Shown here: positions 49,001-60,657 of the stretch, piece by piece
Numbering within the stretch: the first letter of the stretch is position 1
How the letters are laid out: each line of letters starts with the position of its first letter
NCBI GenBank assembly: GCA_020891255.1
Contig: BQFW01000004.1
Span: forward strand, 744,001 to 808,000
Source of the DNA: Entomortierella parvispora E1425
Taxonomy: Eukaryota; Fungi; Mortierellomycota
Direction of reading: 5' to 3'
Length of the DNA: 64,000 nucleotides
Notes under the pieces: generated by a model
What the model saw: only the letters and a program-made list of their open reading frames with translations
Told to the model about the DNA's origin: nothing
Databases searched by the model: none
Position numbers and translations under genes: made by a program

Positions 49001-50580
49001 GCCTATGCAGATGTCCGTGGCACCACTGCCGTGCTATGAACAACCTCTTCGGTCCGCTTCGACAGAGCCAGGAATGGGGACACAAAAGCGAATGTCCAGA
49101 GATATGGGAGGCGGCGCTCATGGATCACCCCGGATACCAAGCGAAGGTGGACATGGAACAATGTCGTACTCCGAAGGCAGCAATCCCGGCTATCCATCCC
49201 ATTCTCATCCGCATCCCAGGGCCGAGGCCAACCTGACGAACTTTGATACTTATACCATGGTGCTGCAAATGGGCTGCATTCTTCATATGGTCCCACACTG
49301 GAAGGAGAACTTCCTGCTCCGTGTTATGGTCTTTGTTGAGTACAAGGAAGATGTCGAGGAAGAAAAGAAGCGACTGAAGGCGCTGCTGGAGAATCTGAGA
49401 ATCCCTGCTGAGGTCAAGGTCATGTGCTTGGATGGAGGAGATAGTGAGACCTATGATCGACTGGTAAAAGGAGAAGGGTTGGAGGAGTACGTGAATGACA
49501 CTACCACCGAAGAAGATGTTGACGAAGAAGAGTGGTATGACTCTGATGAGCGAGAGGAACAGAACAATGAGACGCACGCAGTCGAGATCTCTGGGCGGAG
49601 CGGACTTAAGAATCAACAACAGCAACCAACCACGACACCTGGACCTCAGAATATCAACCCCCTTTGGCAACAAAGTCATCCACCACTGGCAGAAGAAGAT
49701 GAGAACGAAGAGTCAAGGGTGATCATCTCTACGTCTCCTGCTGCAACAACCGGAATCCAGGAGGATGGCAGAGACTCCTCCCATGAGACTGGACCTTATT
49801 CGAGTGTAGCAAGTCATGGGCCTGTCTCAAGATCGAGAACCACATCCTCATCTGATAGTCGTCACCAAGAACCTCCACACCAACAACACCAACCAGTCTT
49901 TGAAGCATCGGCACCACCCCCTCAACGTCGTCGAACGATCTCTCATCCTGACGGACCCAAGCGGAACCAGTCATTGTCACCCAATGGCCTAACGCGTGGG
50001 AACAGCATAATGGCAGGAAAGCACCCGCTACGTTCTAATACTGCCATCTCCCCTTGGTTGCATCAAGGAGGGTTCCCGATTGGTATCTCGTCCTCGTCGG
50101 TGCATCCTATGGCTACAGGCTCTGGAGCTGGAGCTGGAGTGAGATATAGATCATCTATGATGATTGGCTCTGGTTCCCCTTCTTCAGATGCCGCGGCCAT
50201 CTCCAGGTTAGGAACATCGGCACCTTTAGGAGCATCAATGAACTTTCGAATTGCGGTGCCATTGCCACGGCAATATTTTGATCCGAATGGCATGAACTCT
50301 GAGAGCGACTCCGACTCGATTAGCAGTGAAGATGACGAGGCTTATGATCATAACGACGACGACTTGGTCTATGGTAGTGGCGGCAATGTGGCAGGCTCTA
50401 TGCCTAGCGGTGGGATGTACCAACAGCCACCGCAACATAGCCAGAGTTTACAGCGTTTAGGATCGCAGCAATCACGGTTGTTTCCACCTTCAGGTCTCCG
50501 CCAACCTGTCGCCCACCGACCGTTTGGCAAGTGGCAGGCAACACTCCCATCAGTTCCCCAACACCGGCGGCCCTCCTCTC

Positions 50581-50612
<32 letters not shown>

Positions 50613-51350
50613 ATACCCTCCCCGCAAGCGACCTCGTTGTTTGCTCATACCTCTTTAGGTTCTGAACCCGGACTCGGGATTGCAATGGATCCTCAAGAAT
50701 CCTTTGCTGATACTGAGCGGGAAACACTCGGTGGTATCAATGGAAAACAGTCTCTTGGAGGCGCTACTAGCAGCATCGCCAAGAACCCGTGGGCTTCGGA
50801 TGACTCTTCGGCATCTCACTCCACAGATACGTTCCAATCCTTGATCACATCATCTTTGGCACCGCCCATTGCGGCTACTACAGCCTCTCAGCTGCAAGAT
50901 CAAAATGACAACGCGTCAGCTGCCCCACTTGCCGAGGAAAATATCGCTGGACACGATATTCCCCACTCGATATTCCCTCCAGGTGACCCTAACATGCACA
51001 TGCCAGAGATCGAACAACAGTATGCTTCAGCTACCACCCAATCCCACACACTTTTGCATCAGCCAAGCACCCTCACCGAGATATCGGCTGGACCATCACT
51101 CCCAGTCCAGTTTGATCATTTAGGACCTGAGGCGCAACTTTTGATTTTGAATGAGCTAATGCGCATTCACTCATCATCCGAGACAACGTCAATTATCTTT
51201 ACGACAGTCCCAGCTCCGGAAGAAGGAACGTGCTTGAGTGAACAGTCCTCCATTGCATATGTGGATCAGTTGGACTCGCTCATGGAAGGAATCGATGTTC
51301 CTGTTCTGTTGATCCATGCCAAGAGTTTAACCGTCACCATGACCTTGTAA
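45298..51350 (+). CDS. SLC12-family cation-chloride cotransporter (Vhc1-like), multi-exon
   Basis: Motifs KLGVFSGVFVPCVLSIWGIILFLRFG, SAISTNGTVR|GGGVYYLLSRSLGPEFGGSIG, FPACIGILAGASMSGDL, SAPNFRPSF, HVKFWRPQILL, GLGGMRPNI, IDLWP. Confidence 0.93.
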
Positions 51351-51452
51351 AAATAGTTTATACATACCTGCTCTTTTCGTTCAATACAGAAAAAAAAAAT
51401 GGAATAGGAAGGAGAGAATGGCATTTATCTTGGGAATTGGCCCTTATTTCTT

Positions 51453-52550
51453 TTATTTGTAAAGCCTCAATTTCAATCCTTTTGGGGCAATCGTCGACTT
51501 CCAGTTCTTGGCGTTCTCGAATCCGTTTTTGGCCTCTTTAAAGTCCTCGATGGTTTGTTTGACTTCCTCCTTTGAATTCATCACAAACAAAAGATCCTGA
51601 ACAATAGGTTCCTTCAAAGGCTGTCCTGCAAAGAGAATGAAGTGGGCTCCCTCGTCTGCGGTCCTCATCTGTAGGCAGTCTGTGCCATCGTCCTCAGAGA
51701 GTATCAAGGCATGCTGCTTGCGACCAAGGAAGGGTACAGATGGATCTGGATTCGTTTTGAAGCACTTGTCCTTCTCCTCATCCTTGCCCACATCTGTCGT
51801 TTTTTGTGATTGGTCCTGATCCGTGGGAAGAGGGCCCTCTCCAAAGTAAGCTTGACCCGAGAGCATGTAGACAAATCCTGAATAGTCCTTAGGGATCGAT
51901 TGCCGGACGGAATGATTCGGTTGCATCTTGAAGTCCAGATACATAGTCGGCGTGCGGGTATAGATCTTGCTCTTGACCCCATTGGATTCCCCTGCAATGA
52001 CTTTGATTTCCACGCCGTCTGCGGGTCGGGCACGAGGGATCTGAGCATCCTTCAGATCCTGATAGGCTGGAGGGCAATGTTTATCCTTTCTCGACAGATT
52101 GACCCAGAGCTGAAGGCCATGGACTGCATTTGGGTCTTTGAGCACGTCATAGTTCTCGACCGCAGCCGACGCCAGTGAGGCCTCAGACGTGACAGGCATC
52201 TCCGAATGCAGGATCCCATGTCCAGCTGTCATCCACTGCAGGTCTCCTGGTCCGACCTTGCCAGCGTGCCCAGCAAAATCCTCATGACGCAACCCGTTTC
52301 CTTCCAATATATAGGTCACAGTCTCGAACCCGCGATGGGGGTGATCCGGAAACCCTCCTTTGGCTCCGACCCAGAACTCGTCCAGGACCAAAAAAGGATC
52401 GTGGTGGCGCTTCTCTGCAATCCCAAACGACCTCCGGACATAGCCACCGATGCCCACAATTTGCTCCTTTGCATGCTGTGATTTCACAATCTGACGACTG
52501 GCCAGGAAGGCTAAAGAGGAAGAAAACCGAGAGACTTTGGATGCAAACAT
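51453..52550 (-). CDS. Pirin-family bicupin (quercetin 2,3-dioxygenase-like), intronless
   Basis: Motifs DPFLVLDE, GFPDHPHRGFETVTY, GDLQWMTAGHGILHSE, LQLWVNL, GQPLKEPI. Likely start MFASKVSRF at 52550. Confidence 0.92.
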   Translation of the reverse strand: MFASKVSRFSSSLAFLASRQIVKSQHAKEQIVGIGGYVRRSFGIAEKRHHDPFLVLDEFWVGAKGGFPDHPHRGFETVTYILEGNGLRHEDFAGHAGKVGPGDLQWMTAGHGILHSEMPVTSEASLASAAVENYDVLKDPNAVHGLQLWVNLSRKDKHCPPAYQDLKDAQIPRARPADGVEIKVIAGESNGVKSKIYTRTPTMYLDFKMQPNHSVRQSIPKDYSGFVYMLSGQAYFGEGPLPTDQDQSQKTTDVGKDEEKDKCFKTNPDPSVPFLGRKQHALILSEDDGTDCLQMRTADEGAHFILFAGQPLKEPIVQDLLFVMNSKEEVKQTIEDFKEAKNGFENAKNWKSTIAPKGLKLRLYK

Positions 52551-52665
52551 TTGGGAATAGGGAAAGGAGAGAAACGATGAGTTTAATGTAGGACGATGGC
52601 AATGCATGCAGACGCGCCGCGCAATGAACGCGCGCATATGCACTGGATGCCATTGTATACCCTTA

Positions 52666-52695
52666 ATACATCACGTGTGGACTCACGTGATGTAT
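52666..52695. promoter_or_regulatory. Inverted repeat carrying two TCACGTG E-boxes (bHLH-binding candidate)
   Basis: ATACATCACGTG-tggact-CACGTGATGTAT: 12-bp perfect arms with a 6-nt spacer, between the pirin start and tRNA-Thr. Confidence 0.55.
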
Positions 52696-52756
52696 CGAAA
52701 ATTTGATTTTAGTGGCGAGGGAGAAATCACCTCGCATATTCAGAAAAAGATCATTT

Positions 52757-52829
52757 GCCCTTGTAGCGTAGGGGTTATCGCGTTTGTCTTGTAAACAAGA
52801 GGCCGCTGGTTCAAATCCGGCCAAGGGCA
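52757..52829 (+). tRNA. tRNA-Thr(UGU), intronless
   Basis: Acceptor stem GCCCTTG/CAAGGGC; D arm GCG/CGC; anticodon stem TTTGT/ACAAG with loop CTTGTAA; T arm GCTGG-TTCAAAT-CCGGC; downstream T-tracts. Confidence 0.96.
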
Positions 52830-53356
52830 TTACTTTTGCATTTGGATCCTTTTTTTTTTTTGGAAAGGCCCCAGGCTGAGTCCAACGATAACCATGGCGC
52901 TGGTTGATCCCAACGACATTCTTTTTTGGGTTTCTCACCCGCCGACGTTTTCGTCTCTTATCAACCAACTGATCCAATTCTTAACCAGAACACACCCATG
53001 ACCGACAACCTATCCCGCTCACCATTTTCGGTAAACCGTAATCGCTCGTCCTTCACATCGCCCTGTCGCTGGTATTGATAGACAATTATCCTCATGGGCT
53101 GCAATTAGACGAGTCCCACGGCAGGGCTGACGGTCGGTCGGCAAGCTTCTCCCTCTTTGTAAAGTAGCTGCTCCCAAGGCCACCATCCGATGATGGGGAA
53201 AATCGACAGTCATGGGATAAGAAGCCTCAAAAAGAAAAGTCTCCTTGTGACCGTCGGAAAACCATCCGACAACATGGAAAAGAACAGAGCGGGAAGAGGA
53301 ATCTTTGAGAGTGAATGGATTTATTCTTGGTACTTTTTTTTCAGCTGATCAGCTTC

Positions 53357-54191
53357 TCACCCTCTTGCCAATGAACACTGTTCCAAAGCTTTCCTCATGA
53401 CCTTCTTGGAGACGGTAGCTCTGGCATCTTCGTACGAGAACTATATAGATTTTTTTTTATAAAAAAAAACCAGAGAATTTGGAGGAGGGGGTTAGATCAA
53501 CAGCGCTTGGACCAGTTGATCGGACATGTGCAACACAAGAACAAAAACAATTGGAGATGATGTCGTACCCAACGGCGTTCACGCTTCTTCATCTCTGGCC
53601 AACGATCTTCTATCCTTTCAACATCCATTTCGAAAAAGATAAAGATGCTTTCAGGTCCTCCCGTTCTCTTGTTGATCTTGTGTTCGTACTCTCCAAGGTG
53701 GGCCACGATCCGGCCAATGACGCCACCTAGACATGTAGTCAGAAATGGCTCAGTTAGTTTGAAAATAATCCTTTTCCCCCCCTTGGCATTTTTTTTTTTT
53801 TTTTTGGGCGCAGGGTGATGATGTTATAAATACCTTCTTCCCAGGTCTCTCGGGCAGCAGCCTCTTCCTGGGTCTCGTCATTCTCCCAACCACCCTTGGG
53901 CAAGACCCATTCACCGTCGTGTTTACTACTAGCGACCAAGAGGACACGACGGTTCCTTCTATCGACAGGGACACATCCAGCCACCTAATTAAGAGCAAAA
54001 AGAGGAAACGCCACACATTATTTTAAGAGATGATAGGGAAATGACAAGTCATCACTTTCATTTGTTTCTCTTCTTGGAAAGTTCTTTCCAATTGATACAA
54101 AAGGTAAACCGGGTATAGAATGCCTTACCAAGCGCGCTCCCTCCGCGTACAGCTGGTTCTGACGACCTTCTCTGGCAAAAGCACTGTGCAT
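53357..54191 (-). CDS. Nudix hydrolase, diphosphoinositol-polyphosphate/diadenosine polyphosphatase (DDP1/Aps1-like), 4 exons
   Basis: Spliced AREGRQNQLYAEGARL|VAGCVPV...WVLPKGGWENDETQEEAAARETWEEG|GVIGRI...WPEMKKRERRW|FSYEDA. The Nudix box and the AR.GR..Q.Y N-terminal motif are present. Start codon uncertain. Confidence 0.9.
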
Positions 54192-54842
54192 CTCTGAAAA
54201 AAAAGGGAAAGTGTTTGGGGTTGGTGTGTAGAATGTGAAGGTGGGAATGCAACTGAAAACAAAAGGAATGCTAAATGGAAGGTGAGAAAGAAATGGAAAA
54301 AGGCGAATGATGGAATGCTAACGAGAAAGAAAAGGGGGAGTCCATGAAATGGAACGTTGGGAAGATCGCTCCAAGGTGGAACGTGACTGTGCAATTTCCA
54401 GGACGTGCAGCAAGATAGACGCGTCTGCAAAGATCGCCTAGGGAGCACGCCCAATTGCTCCTTTTCCCTCTCTTCTTCTCCACCTTTTTTTTTTTTGGTT
54501 GGCACTACAGTAGTTGACATTCAGTTGGTACTGAAAAGAGTGTAAGAGCCAGCAAAACGATATGTGCGCGGTTTTTATTAGATCGCTTTAGCAGGAGGTG
54601 GTTTGCATATAGGTTGCAAACTGGGGTTGTTTGTTGTTGTCGTTTTTCGTTGAACAAAAATAAATGATAATAGTGCTAGAGTCACGGATAATATACAATG
54701 TTTTTGACAAAACGAGGGGAGAAGAAAGTGATAAAAGAGGGAGGATGGTAACCTGCAGGACGGCCGAAAGGAAAATGGTGTGTTTGCGTAAGAGGGTTTT
54801 GGCCGAACTTGTCCGCAGTAGAAATGATGAAAAGCCTCCTTT

Positions 54843-57800
54843 TTACATGAGCCCCGAGTTGCTGAGATTCAGGCGCTGCACAATCGCGTTGACGGCAACA
54901 ACAATGACTCGCATCTGGTTCGTATCCTATTGACACATAAAAGACGAGGTAAAAAAAAGACGAGGTCATTGATTAGAATTGTGGTTGTTCAAACAGCGAT
55001 CTCGCTCTTTTGGAGCGGGAGATGACATGAGCAGGACGGTTGAGGACCTTCCCAGTCTTTTCTGGTATCCAAAAACCACGTGTCTGCCACATGGCTCCGC
55101 TCCCATTCAAAACAAACAACAAAGTAGGGGGTCCCTGAGGATACCCCATCAGAAGTACATTTTACAAATAAAACGAGGATCCAAGGCACCCAAACAGACA
55201 ACTTACAGTGGCATGGGTAAAATGAGTGTAGACCTGCTTGTTGAGATCCTTGACCTGTTGAAGGAACCGGTACTGGAAAAAGACGGTCGTGCTGTAATAA
55301 TCGTTGGGTCCACGGTACTCTGGAAAGTGTTTGTTCACCAACGATCCCGCATCCAATTTCCTTTGAAAGATATCGATCTTGTTCAGGAACAGAATCATGG
55401 ACGTCACAGCAAAGAGCTTATGGTTCGCGATATGGTTGAACAGAACCAAACACTCCTGTAGACGGTTCAGTCGAGGTTCGTCCTCGCAGGGTTGATCGTA
55501 AGCAGATAAGGCACCCATGAAAATAATTGCATTTACGTCATCGAAGTACGGTCTAAACAATAAAATAAAAAAAGCTGGAAGGGTAAGCAATTGGAAGAGG
55601 AGAACGGGCATGAAGCTCCAGTGTATCGTGAGCCTGCATGCCAGTGGAGAGGTTGTTTTGTACTTTTGTTCTGATGGTTGGATGAACAGCCAAAGCCTCG
55701 ATAAATTGCCATTTTTTTTTCAAGAGAGGCTGGCAATACAGTTTGTTGACTCCTCCGTGGGTCCTGTCGGATTAGTGTTTTGTTTTTTTCGATCAAAATA
55801 CAGCGAACCGGTTTGCAATTGCCATTTTTGTTGCCCTTCATTCCCTCAAATTTGAAGAAGTCCGGAGTGCTTAATAATGCCGTAGGGTTGATCCAGATTT
55901 CCAGGCGAATAGTCAACACTGACATCTTCATCGCAAGCAACAGCATATGAGGCAGAGTTGATAGCCCAAAAACTTACGCCCAATATTTCCGTAGAGACTT
56001 TTGCCCGCCTACATCGTATATTCTAGAAACGGCAATGGACGGTCATGGATGAGGCGTCAGCAAATGTTTCACAAAAGGCCAAAGGTCGCAGCGTCTTTTT
56101 CACTCTCCTCATCCGCAAATCGGATCTGTGTTCCTCCTTTTACCTGTAAGCGACGTTGTCAATGTTAAACACGTGTTCTGTCACAGCCAGAGTCCGGACT
56201 CGAGCCTGAAGGATATCGCCATCTGAAGGCACATAGTCTGGGCGTGCCAATCGATCTATTGCATCCAGAAAACTAAATCGCAAGGAGTGGAGAAAGGCCA
56301 CATCGTTAGGGCGGTCGTCCCATGTTTTTTTTGCAGAGATGAACGACCCCACTGTCTTTGGTCCTTCGAGACAGTGCAGTGCATGGTATCATCGGATAGA
56401 GATTTGTGCAATTGCTTGTCGGAGCGACAACAGAAACGAACACAAACGTTGCGCAAATAAAATAAATAAAACAAGAGACGGAGAGATCGGGCAATTGAGG
56501 TGTAACTTACTACGACGCAGAGTCCTGAATACTGAGTTGTGTACAAGTCCGGTATGTCTGTTGGATACCTGCATCGGCCCAGAGGGCCTTGATGGCAGGG
56601 ACCATTTCCTCAAATAGATCCGTCTCTGCCTTGGCATCCGTGATTTTGCGCGGGATAGCTGGGTTCGTAAAGCCAATCGAGGAGATCGAGTACCTCTTTA
56701 ACAGAGATTCCAGTCGAAGTACTGTCTCCAAATGCTGCTCGTTCTCTTGCTTTTCCAAACGGATGTGGGCGGCTTCCATGCCGCTGACAAGCGTCTGCAT
56801 CGCCTTCATCACATTTAAGTGTACAATCCGCCGGAACGTTTGTCGCTCAGAGTCCAATCCTCGACGACCATAGAGTAGCTTTAATTGCTTCAGAACCGTT
56901 GTCTTGCCGGTCTCCGAGGGACCTATGAAGAAGAGACAAAAAAAAAAAATACATTGCGGCGGAGTTGCACGGAATGGAATGTGAGTTGACACATTCAATT
57001 GAACTGCTCAGCTGCTTCTCTACAAACAGCAAACGTGGCGCTTAAATTTGCGGGGGGAGAAATCGTGAACTCGCGCAACGCAAAGAGTCAAAGTGGTTTC
57101 CTCCCGGTAACAAAAAAAAACAAAAAAAAAAAAAAGTAAAATAGAAATCCTTTAGAAAACATAAAAAAAAATGTGGAACACTCCCAGGGCGATGGGCGAT
57201 CTAAGCTTCATCCCCATCACACCAGCAGGACGCTGTTTCCAAAAAGTCGGGCACAAGGTGGCCCGTGAAGCGGTACAGAGAGGCTCCGAGATCGTCACTT
57301 TTGTCATGCAAACATGTGGACGATTGGTTCCACGATCATTGGTTTTCCGACTGCAGTAACTTCAAAGGTAAAATGATGAAAAAAAACCTTCGTTCCCTCG
57401 AATTATCGAAAGAATAGTAAAACTCAATTGAAAGAAGAGAAAAACACCCGAGAAAAAATCCAAAAAGCAGGGACAGGGCAGCACAAATGCATGTGGATGC
57501 GATCGACAGCGAAAGAGCAATTGGAAGTGGTGGGAGAAGGAAAAATGAAAAAAAAAAAAAAAAGATTTAGAGATTGGCCAGAGGTGCAAACAGGGGCAAG
57601 TTCCTCAGAATCATAAACTCATGGAACAACAAATGGGAGCGAGGTTGCAGCTCGTGTTCATGGGCTTGTCTTTGGGGCTGCACTCTCCTCCCGTTGTGAA
57701 CACAAGCTTGCGAAGGAGAGGAGGATAAAAAAAAAAAAAAAAAAAAAAACAGTAGCCAATTGATCACACGGGAGGGACAGTAAAAATGGAAACAAAAGGG

Positions 57801-58176
57801 GAAGGCATGCGGGTTGCGCAAAAACGCTCCTCAGGCCAAAGCTAACAGGTTTTGTCGATCAGAGACCGAGCGTGGGTCGGTGCTCGACCGTTGTGTCGAC
57901 TATGGAGCGCCGTATAATGTCGATGGAGTGATGCTTGAAAGAAAAGAATAAAGGGAACTCACCCAGAATTAACAGTTTGATGCCACCCTCACGTTGTTGT
58001 CGCTCTTTGTCAGCCCTGAGTGACTTATCAATGGCATCGCTGAGGGCCTTGGCCTTCTTCTGATCTGACCGGCTGCCGGTGAATAGGTTTGTGAGAAGAG
58101 GTGCATGATCGACTGGTGAGGAGTGTTCATTGTGGCTAGAATCGTGATCGTCTCTGGAGAGTTGAGAGAGTTCCAT
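54843..58176 (-). CDS. Divergent heterotrimeric G-protein alpha subunit, 6 exons, 409 aa
   Basis: Exons 58176-57963, 56922-56511, 56272-56144, 56022-55978, 55552-55207 and 54926-54843 join in phase. Motifs LILGPSETGKTT, ARVRT, YDVGGQ, FLNKID, THATDT, and C-terminal NLSNSGLM. Confidence 0.88.
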
Positions 58177-59815
58177 GGTGCAAGGTGGTCGGTCGTATCA
58201 AGCGAGAGTCCAACCCAACGCAGGGCAACTGTTAGGAATCGAAGAACAGAAGATAGCCGCGGAGGAGAAAGGAGAGGGGCAAGTCTGGCCGATAGAGAAT
58301 TTGAGGCAGATAGGTGAGGCGCGTCGAGGTGAGACCGAAGGTTTTGGGTTTGAACGATATGGAAGGGACAGGAAAAGGCGATCCGGCGAGCTGGATGCAA
58401 GAATCAATGAGAGAGAGTAATGGCCGAGGGATTGCAGGGGACGAATGTCGTTGCGAAGGGGTGTTGAATGGAATCAAGGAAGGGGCAACGAATGCGGAGA
58501 GGAAGAGGAGAGGAGAGGAGAGGGCGAGAGAAGGAGCAAAGGGGAAGAAAGGAGCGAACTCGCGGTGTTTTCTCTGTTTCGTCGAATTCATTTCTTTTTT
58601 TTCGTTCTTTTGCTCGGTTGTTTGGGCAGTTGGTCACCATGCCCTGTCTGGGTTGGATTCGCTGACCAGCGACTCGCCCAACCATCCTTCTCCTTGGCAT
58701 CAATTGGAGTCGCTTTCACTGCGCTGGTATGGCGCCATCAACAGCTCTCCCTGGTTTCTGTTTTCAGCACTCGCGCCTTTTTACTACTCACTCTCCCGCT
58801 GCTGTTGTCATTCATTCTCGTTCACTCCTGCCAAACCTATCTTGCATGCCTTGCATGCCTGTCACCATTTTACCATTTTCCTTTCTCTTTCTCCTTTTTG
58901 CTAAAGTTGACTTGGCCACTTTTCTCTCTCTCTATCTAAATCTCCGTTGTTCTCAAAGTCCAAGCCTCTACCATCTATCAACAGGTGTGGGAAACAGCGG
59001 GTGGATTTTGTCACAGCAAGGCGCCATGAAAGTTCAAGGCAGACTGGACGACAGCTGTGCTCAAAATGAATGAAAGAGAATTCAGTCAGAACTTCAGAAG
59101 ATGGTTGCACAACCTCTTGTGCAAATGGCTCTGTGTTGTCGAAGGGCTGGAACAAGAACACAAAAGCTTTCCTCTGTTGCAGACCTGCAGTGCCACGGCT
59201 TTTAGGTAAGCTTGGTATGTAAAACCTTTTGGGATTGATAGACAACAAAGAACGGCGCAACCCGATGTTGTTTGGCCAGGGTACGTCCAGATCAGACTGA
59301 CCAAACCAGACCTGCAGACCCATGACCGACCGCCCAGCTGGAAAAAATAAAATAAAACAACTTAATAGCTCGTATAAAACTCCAGACTAAATTAAGCGAG
59401 ACGCCACCAATCGAGTAGCATCACATGACACATGACGTCGCGACTTTTTTTTTTTTTTTTTTCAATCAAGCATTGAGACAGAGCAGAAAGAAGGGAAGGA
59501 CCGAAAGAGACACCACCACGCAAGGCGCAAGGGGACCGCAGAAAACAAGGGGGAGGGAGAAGGTGAGGAAAGGGAAGAAAGGGAAAGGGACCCACGCCAC
59601 ATTCGCTCGGACATCATTCTCTTCTCTTCTTTTCCTTTTCCCTTCTTCCTTCTTTCTCTTCTTTCTCTCCCTCGTGCTCCATTCCCATCCACTCCTTCCT
59701 TTTCTTTATTCTTTCGTCACTTTCTTGTCTTCTTGACTCCGCTTCTATCGTGCCATTCATTCATTCATTCATACTTTCTTTCACTGGAACTACCCACCTG
59801 CACACCTCAACCGTC

Positions 59816-60657
59816 ATGAGCTCCCCCCTCAACCCTGCCCTCAACAAACCCACGGCGCCCGGTCAGGGATCGTCAACCCAGGTTCGAACCCAATGCGTCA
59901 TTGCTCTTTCGCCCTTTTTTAACAACCCGTCTCCCGCTTGATAATGGAATGACCTCATGCTGACTCGTTTAGTCCCCATAATCTTTTTTCTCTTTTTTTT
60001 CCTTCCTTTTGTTAGTCCATGAGCGAACAGGAAGAAAAGCTCCAGCGCATGTACGGCAAGTTGCCCACGCCCAAGGCTCTTCTCGGAAACAAGCTCAAGG
60101 TAACTCGCAAGGAGCAATACGGAACGCGTACGACTGGAAAAGTCGGGATGCGCTTTTAGGGAGATTGATAGCCTTGCATGGAACCTACTGGAGACAGAAC
60201 ATTTTCCGTGGGCAGATGGAAACGGGACGCGCAGCCATTTCGTCTATTAGACAGGATCGGACAAGCATACAAAGCAGGGTCGTTCGCTATCCCCTGGATG
60301 AATCTTGTGGATTGAGAAGAGAAAAAAAAACGAGGAGATCGAGCCAACAACTATTTATACGCGGCTCTCTTCTTTCTCTTTCTTTTTTGGAGAAACTGTT
60401 CTGACGAAAATAATCCCTTGATTTTATAATAGGAGCGCAAGTACTTTGACTCTGGCGACTATGCCCTCTCAAAAGCAGGAAAGACGACGACACCTGTTGG
60501 ATCACAGCACCCTCAACCAGAGAACATCCCACATTCCAACCCTGTAGCACCCAACGCTACTCACGGATCGCCTCCCGTTAAGGAGAGCTCACTTGTACAC
60601 GAGTCGGATATCCCAGAAGGCACAACGCCCAACGTTACGCAGCCAAAGTTTGATTGA
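59816..60657 (+). CDS. Endosulfine/Igo1-family cAMP-regulated phosphoprotein, 3 exons
   Basis: Exons 59816-59881, 60016-60099 and 60433-60657 give EEKLQRMYGKLP..LLGNKLK|ERKYFDSGDYALSKAG, containing the Greatwall/Rim15 site FDSGDY. Confidence 0.93.

Noticed and set aside
58770-58790. CGCCTTTTTACTA resembling U5 snRNA loop I
   Set aside because: It has five Ts rather than four, lacks the closing stems and lacks an Sm site.
1128-60657. Functional signalling cluster (striatin, CK2, two G-alphas, FTase alpha, endosulfine)
   Set aside because: The genes are interspersed with unrelated housekeeping genes, and signalling genes are common enough for this to be chance without synteny evidence.
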